This document shows positions 17,261 through 27,136 of a stretch of DNA of 32,000 nt, piece after piece (the first letter of the stretch is position 1; each line of letters starts with the position of its first letter). Where the stretch lies: NCBI RefSeq assembly GCF_000196355.1, contig NC_007614.1, forward strand, positions 600,001 through 632,000, given 5' to 3'. The position numbers and the translations under genes are program-made. The DNA is from Nitrosospira multiformis ATCC 25196. GTDB taxonomy: Bacteria; Pseudomonadota; Gammaproteobacteria; Burkholderiales; Nitrosomonadaceae. Below the pieces are notes generated by a model. The model was not told where the DNA came from. It saw only the letters and a program-made list of their open reading frames with translations, and ran no database searches.

Positions 17261-17542
17261 GTGATTCTGTCGAAAAAAAACCGGCAGGATTGAAAACTTT
17301 TGCTCCCGGCGCGCATCTAAGAGTTGGGTTTTTCGAGACATCCTGCGGGGTCGTCTCGATGACAACAAAACCCTCGTCATCATTGATAGCCTCTTCTCTT
17401 TATCGTCAGCCGTTTTGCTCAGGTGGAACGCGCCTGCCAGCCTGCTGAAAATACGTTTCGGGCTATAATTTGATGACCGATATGCATTGAGATTGGCCTC
17501 GCCAAGTCTCATGTCTTTCCTGCTTGCCTCAAGAATCATTTC

Positions 17543-19396
17543 ATGAATGTTTTTTACGAAGAGGAAGGCACCTTCAAGGTAGGTGCGGTTCTTGCCGATA
17601 ACATGACTTCGCTGCAAGTGGAGGCGCCTCACGGCAAGCGCGCAAAAATAAAGGCGGCCTCCGTGCTGCTGCGGTTTGACGCGCCCTCATTGACTGAATT
17701 CATGGATGTCGCGCAAAAAAAGGCGGAAGATCTTGACCCGAATTTTCTCTGGGAATGTTGCGAGAGCGAGGTCGAATTCGCCAGCGATGCGCTTGCAGCA
17801 GATTATTTCGGCGATCGGGTGACACCGGAAGAAGCTGCCGCGGTATTGATCCGGCTGCACAGCGCGCCGATGTATTTTTACAAGAAAGGGCGCGGCCGCT
17901 ACAAGGCTGCCCCGCCGAAAGCGCTGGAAGCGGCGCTTGCCAGCCAGGAGAAAAAGCGCCGTCAGGCGGAACAGCAGGCCCGTTACATGCAATCGCTGAG
18001 CGAATTCGTTCTCCCGGAAGAATTCAAGCCGTCACTGTTCAATCTGCTCTATCGTCCGGAAAAAAATTCCGTCGAGTGGAAAGCGCTGGATGCCGTTTGT
18101 GCCGCGATGAAACTGAGCGTTTCCCAGTTACTGCAAAAGTGCGGGGCGATTCCTTCCACGCATGACTATCATCTCAACCGTTTCCTGCTGGAGCATTTTC
18201 CCGAGGGTACCGATTTCGATGACCTGGGCGCTGACCAATTGGCGGTTCTGCCCGATCTGCCGGTAGCGGATGTGACTGCTTTCAGCATCGATGATGTCAC
18301 CACCACTGAAATTGACGATGCCTTTTCCGTTACGCCGCTGACCCTGGGAAGTTTCCGCATCGGCATTCACATTGCCGTACCCACCTTGGGCATTGCGCCA
18401 GGTTCGCCTCTGGACAAGGTGGCGGAGCAGCGTGTCTCAACCGTATATATTCCGGGCAACAAGATCACCATGTTGCCCGAACCTGTGATACAGCAGTACA
18501 CGTTGAGCGAAAAACAATTGCGTCCCGCTGTTTCGATGTATCTGGACGTGGCCGATGATTTCACGGTGACTGCCACCACCACCCGCGTCGAGCAAGTAAA
18601 GGTTGCAGCCAACCTCCGCCACGACACGTTGGAGGAGCAATTCAATGAATCTACCCTGGCTGGAGGAAACATCAATCATCCCTTCGGCAGGGAACTGACC
18701 GCATTATGGAATTTTGCCCGGAAGATGGAAGCGCTCCGGGGCAAGACCAACGACAGCAATAACGAACGCATCGATTACAACTTCAATCTTCATGGCGACC
18801 ATATCGTGATTACCGAGCGCCGCCGGGGCTCGCCCATCGATAAGGTAGTGTCTGAGTTGATGATTTACGTGAATGCGGAATGGGGCCGGCTGCTTGCGGA
18901 TAGCGGAGTGGCCGGCATCTATCGCAGTCAGGGCAATGGCAAGGTCAGAATGAGCACGTCACCGGCGCCGCATCAGAGTCTCGGGGTTTCCCAGTATGCC
19001 TGGATCAGTTCGCCTATGCGCCGCTACGTGGATTTCATCAATCAGCGGCAACTGGTTGGGTTGCTGCGAGGAGAAGAACCTCCTTATACGAGGGAGAGCG
19101 AGAGCCTGCACATGTTCATGCGGAATTTCGAGTCCACTTATGAGGTGTACGGCGATTTTCAACGCTCGATGGAACGCTACTGGTGCTTGCGCTGGTTATT
19201 GCAGGAAAATGTTCAGGTAACAGGCGCGCAGGTACTGAAGGAAAACCTGGTGAAGCTCGATCGCCTGCCGCTTGTAGCGCGTGTCGCGTCGTTGCCGGAG
19301 CTGCCGTCGGAAACGGCTGTCGAGGTTGAAATCTCGAATATCGATCTGCTGGAACTTACTTTCAGTATAAAATTCCTGAGAAAACTGCAAGCTTGA
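17543..19396 (+). CDS. rnb: RNase II / RNase R-family 3'-5' exoribonuclease (RNB domain)
   Basis: RNB motifs are DDVTTTEIDDAFSV and SSPMRRYVDFINQRQL. Length is 617 aa. Confidence 0.8.
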   Translation: MNVFYEEEGTFKVGAVLADNMTSLQVEAPHGKRAKIKAASVLLRFDAPSLTEFMDVAQKKAEDLDPNFLWECCESEVEFASDALAADYFGDRVTPEEAAAVLIRLHSAPMYFYKKGRGRYKAAPPKALEAALASQEKKRRQAEQQARYMQSLSEFVLPEEFKPSLFNLLYRPEKNSVEWKALDAVCAAMKLSVSQLLQKCGAIPSTHDYHLNRFLLEHFPEGTDFDDLGADQLAVLPDLPVADVTAFSIDDVTTTEIDDAFSVTPLTLGSFRIGIHIAVPTLGIAPGSPLDKVAEQRVSTVYIPGNKITMLPEPVIQQYTLSEKQLRPAVSMYLDVADDFTVTATTTRVEQVKVAANLRHDTLEEQFNESTLAGGNINHPFGRELTALWNFARKMEALRGKTNDSNNERIDYNFNLHGDHIVITERRRGSPIDKVVSELMIYVNAEWGRLLADSGVAGIYRSQGNGKVRMSTSPAPHQSLGVSQYAWISSPMRRYVDFINQRQLVGLLRGEEPPYTRESESLHMFMRNFESTYEVYGDFQRSMERYWCLRWLLQENVQVTGAQVLKENLVKLDRLPLVARVASLPELPSETAVEVEISNIDLLELTFSIKFLRKLQA

Positions 19397-19418
19397 GATT
19401 TATCCTGTAACATAGCAG

Positions 19419-19440
19419 GCCGTTATGGTTTACGGCTTTT
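19419..19440 (+). terminator. Probable rho-independent terminator after rnb
   Basis: GCCGT-N8-ACGGC followed by TTTT, about 23 nt after the stop at 19396. Confidence 0.4.
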
Positions 19441-19464
19441 CAGTCTCATTATTCTTCGGCAGAT

Positions 19465-20466
19465 TTGAGCGCCAGTCCGACAATAACGACCCTGAACACA
19501 ACCTTACGCGAGTTTAAGCCGGACGCGAGCTACAGCTCGCCGCTGAATAGAGTATCGCGCCTGAAAACTGCGATACTGGTCTCGGTTATTCTCCATGTCG
19601 TGGTTTTGTCCGGCGTCACTTTCAAGTTCCCTCTTCCGCAAATCCGTGCAGTGAGCGCGCCGCTGGAGGTGATGCTGGTGAATAGGGAGCCCGCTCTCCC
19701 TCCGGCCGCGGAGGACAGGAAAGAAGCGTTGCCGCGCGTGGCGCGCGCGAGTCCTGCTGTAAAAGGCAACGCCAGCCGGCATCCAGCCCAACCCAGTCTT
19801 CCCCTGCCGAAACAGGAAGATACAGCAAATATTCCCGGGGAGACGATCGCCGATTCCGCTGCCGCTGTCCAGGAAGCAGGACCGCGCGAACTTCGGACAC
19901 CGCCATTGATGGCAGCCCCCGAGAATGACAGCCATCAAAGTGCTGATGAGCCTGATCCCCTGCTCGCTCCGGCTCAGCCTCAGATTAAAACCGGGCAGGA
20001 CCAGAACGCTATCTTTGATACTGCGGACCTGGTTCAGCGCGGATTGGCAATCGCACGCGTGGCGGCCCGCGGGGACGCGAGTCTTGAAACCTATCAAAAA
20101 CCGCTGAAACGAAAGTTTATCGGCAGCCGCACCCGGGACTATCGTTTTGCCCGCTACGCCGAAGACTGGCGCCTCAAGGTGGAGCGGATCGGGAACCTGA
20201 ATTATCCCGAAGCGGCAAAACGTGAACAGCTGTATGGCAGCTTACAGCTTACCGTTGGCATCCGCTCCGATGGCAGCCTGGAATCGGTTGAAATAAACCG
20301 CTCTTCCGGAAAGAAAATTCTGGATCAGGCAGCCGTCCGTATCGTGAAGCTGGCGGGGCAGAACGGCTTCGCCCCTTTTCCTCCCGAGCTCAGCCGGGAT
20401 ACCGATATTCTGCATATTACCCGCTCCTGGGTATTCACCAGCGCCAATGAGCTGACAAGTGAGTAA
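19465..20466 (+). CDS. TonB-family energy-transducer protein
   Basis: TTG start in the ORF track, so the start is uncertain. N-terminal TM helix AILVSVILHVVVLSGVTF, a Pro/Ala-rich linker, and a C-terminal TonB_C-like region YPEAAKREQLYGSLQLTVGIRSDGSLESVEINRSSGKKILDQAAVRIV. Confidence 0.75.
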   Translation: MSASPTITTLNTTLREFKPDASYSSPLNRVSRLKTAILVSVILHVVVLSGVTFKFPLPQIRAVSAPLEVMLVNREPALPPAAEDRKEALPRVARASPAVKGNASRHPAQPSLPLPKQEDTANIPGETIADSAAAVQEAGPRELRTPPLMAAPENDSHQSADEPDPLLAPAQPQIKTGQDQNAIFDTADLVQRGLAIARVAARGDASLETYQKPLKRKFIGSRTRDYRFARYAEDWRLKVERIGNLNYPEAAKREQLYGSLQLTVGIRSDGSLESVEINRSSGKKILDQAAVRIVKLAGQNGFAPFPPELSRDTDILHITRSWVFTSANELTSE

Positions 20467-20576
20467 CCATGCGGGCGTACCGGTTTGCGCGCAGGTATTG
20501 CTCGCAACGGCATGTCTCCCCGTTTCTTCCTCCCGGTCGCTCCAATCGGAGTCTGATTCCGTGATTTACATCATGA

Positions 20577-21410
20577 GTGGTCATGAGTGATCTTTATGCC
20601 GTCATCGGTAATCCTGTTGCTCATAGCAAGTCGCCCCTGATTCATGCCGGGTTTGCACGTCAAAGCGGACAGGATGTGCGTTATGAAGCGATACTTGCGC
20701 CATTGGATGGGTTCGTGGAAACGGTAGCTGCCTTCAGGCAGCGTGGCGGCAAAGGGGCGAACGTAACCGTGCCATTCAAGCTGGAAGCCCACACGCTATC
20801 AAGCTGCCTCACGGAGCGGGCAAAGGCCGCGGGCGCAGTGAACACGCTTGTATTCGGGGCAGATGACATCCTGGGAGATAACACGGATGGCGCGGGGCTG
20901 GTGCGGGACGTGGCCGTCAATCTCGGTTATGCGCTCGATGACCGGCGCGTTTTGCTCATGGGCGCGGGTGGAGCAGCCCGGGGGGTAATCAGGCCCTTGC
21001 TCGAGCATGAGCCTGCCGCGCTGGTGATTGCCAATCGCACCCCCCAAAAAGCGGATGATCTGCAGCGGTTGTTTGCATCCTCGGGGAACGTTCTTTCCGC
21101 AGCGTACGAGGATCTTCGCGGGCAGGAATTCGACCTTGTCATCAATGCCACTTCCGCCAGCCTGCAGGGCGACCTGCCGCCTCTGCCAAAAGGTATTTTC
21201 GCCGGCGCTTCGTTGGCCTACGATATGATGTACGGCAAGGGACTTACTTCTTTTCTGCAATTCGCGCAGCAGCAGGGGGCAGCGCGGCTGGCCGATGGAA
21301 TCGGCATGCTGGTGGAACAGGCGGCCGAATCCTTCTTTCTCTGGCGCGGGATACGGCCGGAAACGGAACCGGTCATCGGAATGTTAAGGTCAAGCCTCGG
21401 CAGTCCGTAG
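20577..21410 (+). CDS. aroE: Shikimate dehydrogenase
   Basis: Motifs are YAVIGNPVAHSKSPLIH, NVTVPFK, GDNTDG and GAGGAARG. GTG at 20577 (ORF track) or ATG at 20583 could be the true start. Confidence 0.9.
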   Translation: MVMSDLYAVIGNPVAHSKSPLIHAGFARQSGQDVRYEAILAPLDGFVETVAAFRQRGGKGANVTVPFKLEAHTLSSCLTERAKAAGAVNTLVFGADDILGDNTDGAGLVRDVAVNLGYALDDRRVLLMGAGGAARGVIRPLLEHEPAALVIANRTPQKADDLQRLFASSGNVLSAAYEDLRGQEFDLVINATSASLQGDLPPLPKGIFAGASLAYDMMYGKGLTSFLQFAQQQGAARLADGIGMLVEQAAESFFLWRGIRPETEPVIGMLRSSLGSP

Positions 21411-21496
21411 ATTGATAGGCGGAGCAGCGATAGCGTCATCCGCTGGTGAGGGTGGCGCAACTGCGCGACCTGGAAACAACAGTGGGAATAATAAGA

Positions 21497-22189
21497 ATGT
21501 TTTTCAAGCGCTGGTTCTGGCGGATATTCCTGTTTTTCATTGCCGTCATATTTGTCTATCAATTCTGGATTTTCAGTCAGATTGTCTACTGGAACTATTT
21601 CAATCCTTCTTCCAGCGCTTTCATGCAAACCCGGCTGGAAACACTGCGGGAAAAAAATACGAAGGCTGCACTGCGTACCCGCTGGATTCCTTACGAACAG
21701 ATTTCTCCGCATCTCAAGCGGGCAATCATTGCAGCCGAGGATGCGAAATTTCTGGAGCATGAAGGATTCGATTTCGACGCTATCCAGAAGGCGTACGAGA
21801 AAAACCTGAAAAAAGGCAGGCTGATCATGGGCGGCTCCACCATCAGCCAGCAACTGGCAAAAAACCTGTTTCTTTCCGGTGACAAGACCCCATGGCGTAA
21901 ACTCCAGGAAGCATTCATCACGCTGATGCTCGAGAAGGTGATGTCCAAACGCCGTATCCTGGAGATTTATCTGAATGTGATCGAATGGGGCAATGTGGTG
22001 TTTGGAGCCGAGGCCGCGGCTCGTCATTATTATGGTATTTCCGCTTCTTCTGTTTCAAGGGAGCAGGCGGCCCGGCTCGCTGCCATGGTTCCCAGTCCCC
22101 GGTTCTATGACGAAAATCGGAATACCCCCTGGCTGTCGAAGAAAACGCGCATGATTCTGGGCCGCATGGCGTCGGCTTCCATTCCCTGA
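21497..22189 (+). CDS. mtgA: Monofunctional biosynthetic peptidoglycan transglycosylase
   Basis: Motifs are IIAAEDAKFLEHEGFD, GGSTISQQLAKNLFL and ILEIYLNVIEWGN. The ORF track starts at GTG 21446. ATG 21497 (MFFKRWFWRIFLFFIAV, TM anchor) gives the usual ~230-aa size. Confidence 0.9.
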   Translation: MFFKRWFWRIFLFFIAVIFVYQFWIFSQIVYWNYFNPSSSAFMQTRLETLREKNTKAALRTRWIPYEQISPHLKRAIIAAEDAKFLEHEGFDFDAIQKAYEKNLKKGRLIMGGSTISQQLAKNLFLSGDKTPWRKLQEAFITLMLEKVMSKRRILEIYLNVIEWGNVVFGAEAAARHYYGISASSVSREQAARLAAMVPSPRFYDENRNTPWLSKKTRMILGRMASASIP

Positions 22190-22320
22190 GATAAAATAGC
22201 AGAGGTCGAGGTGGCCGCTGCGCTCTGTCCTGTCAGCCCGGAGCCGCGTTGTGGGAGAAGTCTCCTCCCCGTCGGCTGTCGGCTGCCGGTCGGTTTCCTC
22301 GTGCTTCTTTTATGCCCGGT

Positions 22321-22349
22321 TTGCGTCTTCACTCGCCTTGTCATAATAT
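22321..22349 (+). promoter_or_regulatory. Candidate sigma70 promoter TTGCGT-N17-TAATAT for mgtE
   Basis: -35 at 22321..22326 and -10 at 22344..22349, about 58 nt upstream of ATG 22407. Confidence 0.3.
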
Positions 22350-22406
22350 TCGACGTTTTTTTCCCTACAATCAGATCAGGCAAAACCTGTTCCAGGAACC
22401 TCCCTA

Positions 22407-23843
22407 ATGGCAAATAACCTCAGGGAAACAGAAAACCTGCAAGAACATTTGCAGCGTGTGATCCAGCTACTGTACGAGCATAAGCTCGCGGAAGGGCTTC
22501 TGCCCCCGCAGCCCCTGCCCGAGCAGGGGCTCATGGATGGGCTGCTGCACGGGCAAAGCCTGGCTGAATTGCAAAAGCTCCTTGACGAGCTTCATCCCGC
22601 TGACGTCGCCCACATTCTCGAGGTAATGCCGCTCGAAGACCGCCTGCTGATCTGGGACCTGGTCAAGGCGGAGCGTGACGGGGAAATCCTGCTGGAGGTG
22701 TCGGACGCCGTCCGTGAAACCCTGATCGCCTCGATGGAACGCGGTGAGATGCGCGCTGCGGCAGAGCAGCTCGATGCCGATGAAATCGCGGACATCGCGC
22801 CTGATCTTCCCCGGGATGTTCTCGAAGATGTATTCCAGTCGCTCCCCATGGAAGAGCGCGAGAAGCTGCGGGCGGCCATGTCCTATCCGGAAGACGCGGT
22901 GGGAGCGCTCATGGATTTCGATGTGGTCACCATTCGTGAGGATGTAACGCTGGAAGTGGTCCTTCGCTACCTGCGCCGCCTGAACGAGTTGCCGGACCAG
23001 ACCGACCTTTTGTTCGTGGTGGACCGGAACGAGTATTTCAAGGGCGTGCTCCCCTTGAACCGCCTGCTGGTAAGCGACCCGGCCGCGCTGGTAAGTTCGG
23101 TCATGAGCAAGGAAACCATCGTGTTCTATCCTGACGAAAGGGCGCAACAGGCAGCGCAGGCATTCGAGCGCTACGACCTCGTTACCGCCGCGGTGGTCAA
23201 TGCGGAAGGAAAACTGGTGGGACGCGTCACGATCGATGCCGTGATGGACTTCATCCGCGAGGAATCAGCCAGCGAAGCCCTGAGCGTAGGCGGCTTGAGT
23301 CAGGAAGAAGACCTGTTCGCGCCCATCTGGAAGAGCCTCAAGAACCGCTGGACCTGGCTGGCCATCAATCTCGTCACCGCGTTCGTCGCCTCGCGGGTGA
23401 TCGGTCTGTTTGAAGATTCGATCGAAAAACTCGTTGCCCTGGCCGCGCTCATGCCGATCATTGCCGGAATAGGGGGAAACTCCGGCAATCAGACCATCAC
23501 CATGATCGTGCGGGCGCTCGCTTTGGGACAACTGAATGGCGGGAACGCCCGCATGCTGATCAGCAAGGAAATCGGCGTGAGCGCCGTAAACGGCGTGGTG
23601 TGGGGCGCGGTAGTCGGCGGGTTTGCCTATATCATTTACCGCAATATTTCGCTCAGCCTGGTGATGATGCTGGCCATGATGCTCAACCTGTTGCTGGCCG
23701 CGCTCATGGGCGTGCTCATACCGCTGACCCTGCACAGCCTGGGGCGCGACCCTGCCGCGGGCTCCAGCGTGATGATAACCGCGGTGACCGACAGCGGAGG
23801 TTTTTTTATCTTCCTGGGACTCGCAACCCTTTTTCTGCTATAG
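22407..23843 (+). CDS. mgtE: Magnesium transporter MgtE
   Basis: N-domain (LHPADVAHILE), a CBS-pair region, and a TM domain with PIIAGIGGNSGNQT and ITAVTDSGGFFIFLGLA. Confidence 0.9.
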   Translation: MANNLRETENLQEHLQRVIQLLYEHKLAEGLLPPQPLPEQGLMDGLLHGQSLAELQKLLDELHPADVAHILEVMPLEDRLLIWDLVKAERDGEILLEVSDAVRETLIASMERGEMRAAAEQLDADEIADIAPDLPRDVLEDVFQSLPMEEREKLRAAMSYPEDAVGALMDFDVVTIREDVTLEVVLRYLRRLNELPDQTDLLFVVDRNEYFKGVLPLNRLLVSDPAALVSSVMSKETIVFYPDERAQQAAQAFERYDLVTAAVVNAEGKLVGRVTIDAVMDFIREESASEALSVGGLSQEEDLFAPIWKSLKNRWTWLAINLVTAFVASRVIGLFEDSIEKLVALAALMPIIAGIGGNSGNQTITMIVRALALGQLNGGNARMLISKEIGVSAVNGVVWGAVVGGFAYIIYRNISLSLVMMLAMMLNLLLAALMGVLIPLTLHSLGRDPAAGSSVMITAVTDSGGFFIFLGLATLFLL

Positions 23844-23867
23844 CCCCTGCTATAACCTCATACGAGG

Positions 23868-25124
23868 CTATGGGAGGATTTTCTCGCCTGCCATCAATTG
23901 CTCGACCGATTCCCGCTCGCGAATGAGATGAATGCGGTCGCCATCGATCATCACCTCGGCGGCGCGTGGACGCGCATTGTAATTAGAGCTCATGCTCATG
24001 CCATAAGCGCCGGCCGACATGACAGCGAGCAGATCACCCTGCGCCAGCGCCAGGTGGCGGTCATGCCCAAGAAAATCGCCGGTTTCGCATACCGGACCGA
24101 CAACCTGATAGGTTTTTGCATCCATTTCGTTGCGCGCAACCACCGGAAGGATTTCATGGTAAGCCTTATATAAGGCCGGGCGCATCAGGTCGTTCATGGC
24201 TGCATCGACAATGGCGAAATCGCGATGCGGCGTAGGCTTGAGATACTCGACGGTTGTAAGCAGTACACCCGCATTGCCCACCAGCGATCTTCCCGGTTCG
24301 ATCAGGATTTTCTGCCTGCGGTTGCCCACCACGCTGCGTAACGCCTCGACATATTCCCGTGCCGAGGGGGGATTTTCCCCGGCATAACGTATCCCCAGGC
24401 CGCCGCCCAGATCGAGGTGCTCGATCTCCAACCCTTGCGCCTCCAGCCGGTCGAGCAGCCCCAGCATCTTCTTGCAGGTTTCGATGAAAGGCGCCAGTTC
24501 GGTCAATTGCGAGCCGATATGGCAATCGAGACCGGCCACCCGTACATTGCCAAGCGCCTGCGCAGAAGCATAAAGCGCCTCCGCCTCATCGAAAGGAATG
24601 CCGAACTTGTTTTCCTTGAGTCCGGTGGAAATATATGGGTGCGTTTTCGCATCCACATCCGGGTTCACCCGCAGGCTCACCGGCGCAACCTTGCCCATTT
24701 CTCCGGCCACGCGGTTCAGCCCATGCAACTCCGCTTCCGATTCCACGTTGAAGCACAGTATGCCCGCTTCGAGCGCCGCTTTCATTTCCGCAGGCTGCTT
24801 GCCCACACCCGAAAAAACGATTTTCTGTGGATCGCCCCCCGCCTTCAATACCCGCTGAAGTTCTCCCCCGGAGACGATGTCGAAGCCGCTACCCAGGCGG
24901 GCGAGCAGATTGAGAATGCCAAGGTTGGAATTCGCCTTGACGGCGTAACAGACCAGATGATCGCGTCCTGCGAAGGCATCGTCGAATTCACAGTAGGCTG
25001 TAGTCAGCGCCGCGCGCGAATAGGCATAGCAGGGCGTGCCGAATTCAAGCGCGATGCGCTCCAGTTGCACCGACTCTGCCCACAAATGCCCATTGCGGTA
25101 ACTGAAGGAAGGAAAACCGCTCAC
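23868..25124 (-). CDS. lysA: Diaminopimelate decarboxylase
   Basis: Motifs are GTPCYAYS, PLP-Lys context CYAVKANSN, GGGLGIRY, EPGRSLVGNAG and CETGD. The ORF track extends to 25208, but that extension overlaps a convincing small lipoprotein gene. GTG 25124 (VSGFPSFSYRNGHLWAE) gives about 418 aa and a GTGA overlap with the upstream stop. Confidence 0.9.
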   Translation of the reverse strand: MSGFPSFSYRNGHLWAESVQLERIALEFGTPCYAYSRAALTTAYCEFDDAFAGRDHLVCYAVKANSNLGILNLLARLGSGFDIVSGGELQRVLKAGGDPQKIVFSGVGKQPAEMKAALEAGILCFNVESEAELHGLNRVAGEMGKVAPVSLRVNPDVDAKTHPYISTGLKENKFGIPFDEAEALYASAQALGNVRVAGLDCHIGSQLTELAPFIETCKKMLGLLDRLEAQGLEIEHLDLGGGLGIRYAGENPPSAREYVEALRSVVGNRRQKILIEPGRSLVGNAGVLLTTVEYLKPTPHRDFAIVDAAMNDLMRPALYKAYHEILPVVARNEMDAKTYQVVGPVCETGDFLGHDRHLALAQGDLLAVMSAGAYGMSMSSNYNARPRAAEVMIDGDRIHLIRERESVEQLMAGEKILP

Positions 25125-25255
25125 TTCTTTTTCTCTGTATCGGGAATTTTTTGTGGCTGCGCCGGAGCCGGCTCCTGCGGAAGGTAGAGGGGCCCCTTGA
25201 GGCCGCATGCGTTGAGCAGCAGGGCTATTAGGACGGCAGACGAGAGCGCGCGCAT
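25121..25255 (-). CDS. lptM: Small lipoprotein of the LptM/YifL (LppL) family, 44 aa
   Basis: Not in the ORF track (<60 aa). The product is MRALSSAVLIALLLNACGLKGPLYLPQEPAPAQPQKIPDTEKKK. It has a lipobox followed by the CGLKGPLY(F/L)P signature I recall from E. coli YifL/LptM and Pseudomonas LppL, which classically sit just upstream of lysA/dapF. Confidence 0.7.
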   Translation of the reverse strand: MRALSSAVLIALLLNACGLKGPLYLPQEPAPAQPQKIPDTEKKK

Positions 25256-25454
25256 GAGACGATATGGGAAAAATGGAGCTGGAATACTAACATGGGGGAT
25301 AAGAGGTCTCTCTGTTTTCTCAACAACCCTTCGCTGAACGCTTTATTCAGAAGTAAAAACGGCGCAACTTCATCAGTTCAGACCTTAAGTATAAGTAGCC
25401 ACACCTAATCAATAACGAGACAACAAAAAACTTGAAACAAATCCCGAAATCAAC

Positions 25455-26666
25455 TCATACACTAATATTAGAATTTCGGAATAATTGATCAGCAAAAGCA
25501 GCGCTCGTGTATGAAGCATACTTCTGCCAAGTATCATTTTTTTCAGCGTCTGCGAAGTCACAAACGGATTTAATGATCATAGCTGTCAGATTTGGAATTG
25601 AAGTATATTCAGCAGCTGCCATAACAGCGTATGCCTCCATCTCAATTGCTATCAACTCTCGGTGCTGTTGAATTGCAATTAATCTTGCGGATCTATCATC
25701 AGCAATCACACTTGCACCGGACGCCATGGGGCCAATATGAACCTTTAGCTTGCCTCCTGGCACTTCTTCCGACCATCCTTTTCGGATACCATTCATAACG
25801 GATTCGTCGTTTGCGAGATCAGAAGCCACCTGACTCAATGCACTGTTAAGTGGTACCTGACGAGGGGCTGCGTGAAATACAGGTGATCCATTCGAATCCA
25901 GTCCGTGCTTCCCACTACCCCAATCCCAAGTAGGGTCGGCAACGATAATATCCCCGAGACTGCATTTATCTCGAATCCCGGCACAAATTCCTACCATTAA
26001 CAAAATCTTAGGCTTAAACATCAAGGCCAACTTAGAGGCAACCGCAGCGGATGAAGGCATACCCTTCCTGTTGGGGCTGACAGCTACTACCGAAATGTTG
26101 CTATCTATTCTGGGTATTTTTCCATAATGGTAAGTAAGAGGGTCGTCTTTAATACGCTTCTGAATCCATTGATAAGGCAGATTGAGAACTGCGTCTAATT
26201 CTGGATTTCTTAGGGCGGTTACAATGACTACATCTACCTGTTCATCACGTGCTAATCGTTGCGAATCGTACTTTGCACGTCCGATCAGTATTTTCTTCCA
26301 TTCATCGGAATCAGAATGGTACTGACAAAGGATAGCACCTCTCTCAATTACTTTTGTATATGCTGATTCTATGAGTTCTTCTCTTCCAGTAATGAAAAGG
26401 ACACTTGCAGGCAGTTTGACCTTTTCGTCAAGCCTGATCATGTCCAAAAACGTTATACCCCCTTCATTATCAGGTTTCCCTCCTATTGCCGCCGGTAAAT
26501 GAAGATCTATTATCAGTAGGTCGTAATCTTGCCTTCTCAGAAGAATCCGCGCGGCCTGCGCTGTAGTTTCATGTTTGACTCCAGCACAACTTATCCCTGC
26601 ATCAGCTAGCACATTAAATATTTCTTCTACCTTTCTATATTCGTCGTCGACAATCAATATTTTCAT
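25455..26666 (-). CDS. dtcC: Response-regulator receiver fused to a purine-nucleoside-phosphorylase/nucleosidase-like (PNP_UDP_1) domain: DtcC-like effector
   Basis: REC domain: MKILIVDDE, phospho-acceptor context DLLIIDLHLP (D54 at 26505..26507). PNP-like C-terminal domain (about aa 145-403): VDVVIVTAL, KILLMVGICAGI, IGPMASGASV, LIAIEMEAYAV (E342/E344 at 25635..25643). No DNA-binding domain. The start overlaps the upstream stop as ATGA. Confidence 0.8.
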   Translation of the reverse strand: MKILIVDDEYRKVEEIFNVLADAGISCAGVKHETTAQAARILLRRQDYDLLIIDLHLPAAIGGKPDNEGGITFLDMIRLDEKVKLPASVLFITGREELIESAYTKVIERGAILCQYHSDSDEWKKILIGRAKYDSQRLARDEQVDVVIVTALRNPELDAVLNLPYQWIQKRIKDDPLTYHYGKIPRIDSNISVVAVSPNRKGMPSSAAVASKLALMFKPKILLMVGICAGIRDKCSLGDIIVADPTWDWGSGKHGLDSNGSPVFHAAPRQVPLNSALSQVASDLANDESVMNGIRKGWSEEVPGGKLKVHIGPMASGASVIADDRSARLIAIQQHRELIAIEMEAYAVMAAAEYTSIPNLTAMIIKSVCDFADAEKNDTWQKYASYTSAAFADQLFRNSNISV

Positions 26667-27136
26667 TTTCTAGCCAGCGCGTTGCTTTCAGCAATTAATT
26701 GCTTTAGGGCGCTCCTCCAGCCCTCTTGAGCTGAGTTGTAATAAACAAAACCCTTGAATGGAGGCGAATAGCGGCTTTTGAGATCGGCTATTAGTTGCTC
26801 AAGTGATACTCGCTTTGGGGTTTCTCCAAATGAGTCAAACATCGTTACGACAATCGTAGGTACGTTTATGGAGCGAAGGCGCATTTGCGCCAGCAATTCT
26901 CTACCAGCAAAACTTTCGGGAGCTCCTCCACTTGGTTCCTGTTGTGATATGTCATATGTAGGCATGCTCATATCAACCAACACAATATCCAGTACTTCAC
27001 TTCCGGCAATTAGAGCTTTAAGTCCACTATTTAAAGATTTAGCGAGTTGCACATTCGCGGCCGGAAATTCCAAAGAAATAAATTCTTCGATTTTCTTTGA
27101 CTTATCTTCATCATCTTCAATGACCAAGATATTCAT
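26663..27136 (-). CDS. dtcB: Stand-alone receiver-domain protein without output domain: DtcB-like
   Basis: MNILVIEDDEDK, phospho-acceptor context LDIVLVDMSMP (D55 at 26972..26974) and TIVVTMF. 157 aa from ATG 27136. The ORF track uses TTG 27151. Either start lies inside the 3' end of the upstream gene. Confidence 0.75.
   Translation of the reverse strand: MNILVIEDDEDKSKKIEEFISLEFPAANVQLAKSLNSGLKALIAGSEVLDIVLVDMSMPTYDISQQEPSGGAPESFAGRELLAQMRLRSINVPTIVVTMFDSFGETPKRVSLEQLIADLKSRYSPPFKGFVYYNSAQEGWRSALKQLIAESNALARK

Noticed and set aside
17135-17632. 165-aa minus-strand ORF spanning the hydrolase/rnb intergenic region
   Set aside because: It overlaps the 3' end of one supported gene and the 5' end of another. 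It has no SD and no motifs.
22190-22406. Possible Mg2+ riboswitch (M-box) in the mgtE leader
   Set aside because: The leader from the candidate promoter is only about 50 nt, far too short for an M-box, and I see none of its conserved helices.
19504-25187. Large antisense ORFs in the housekeeping block (19504..20097, 20799..21260, 21218..22027, 22467..23147, 23265..23735, 24417..25187)
   Set aside because: Each is opposite a gene with unambiguous family motifs (TonB-family, aroE, mtgA, mgtE, lysA). These are typical high-GC shadow ORFs.
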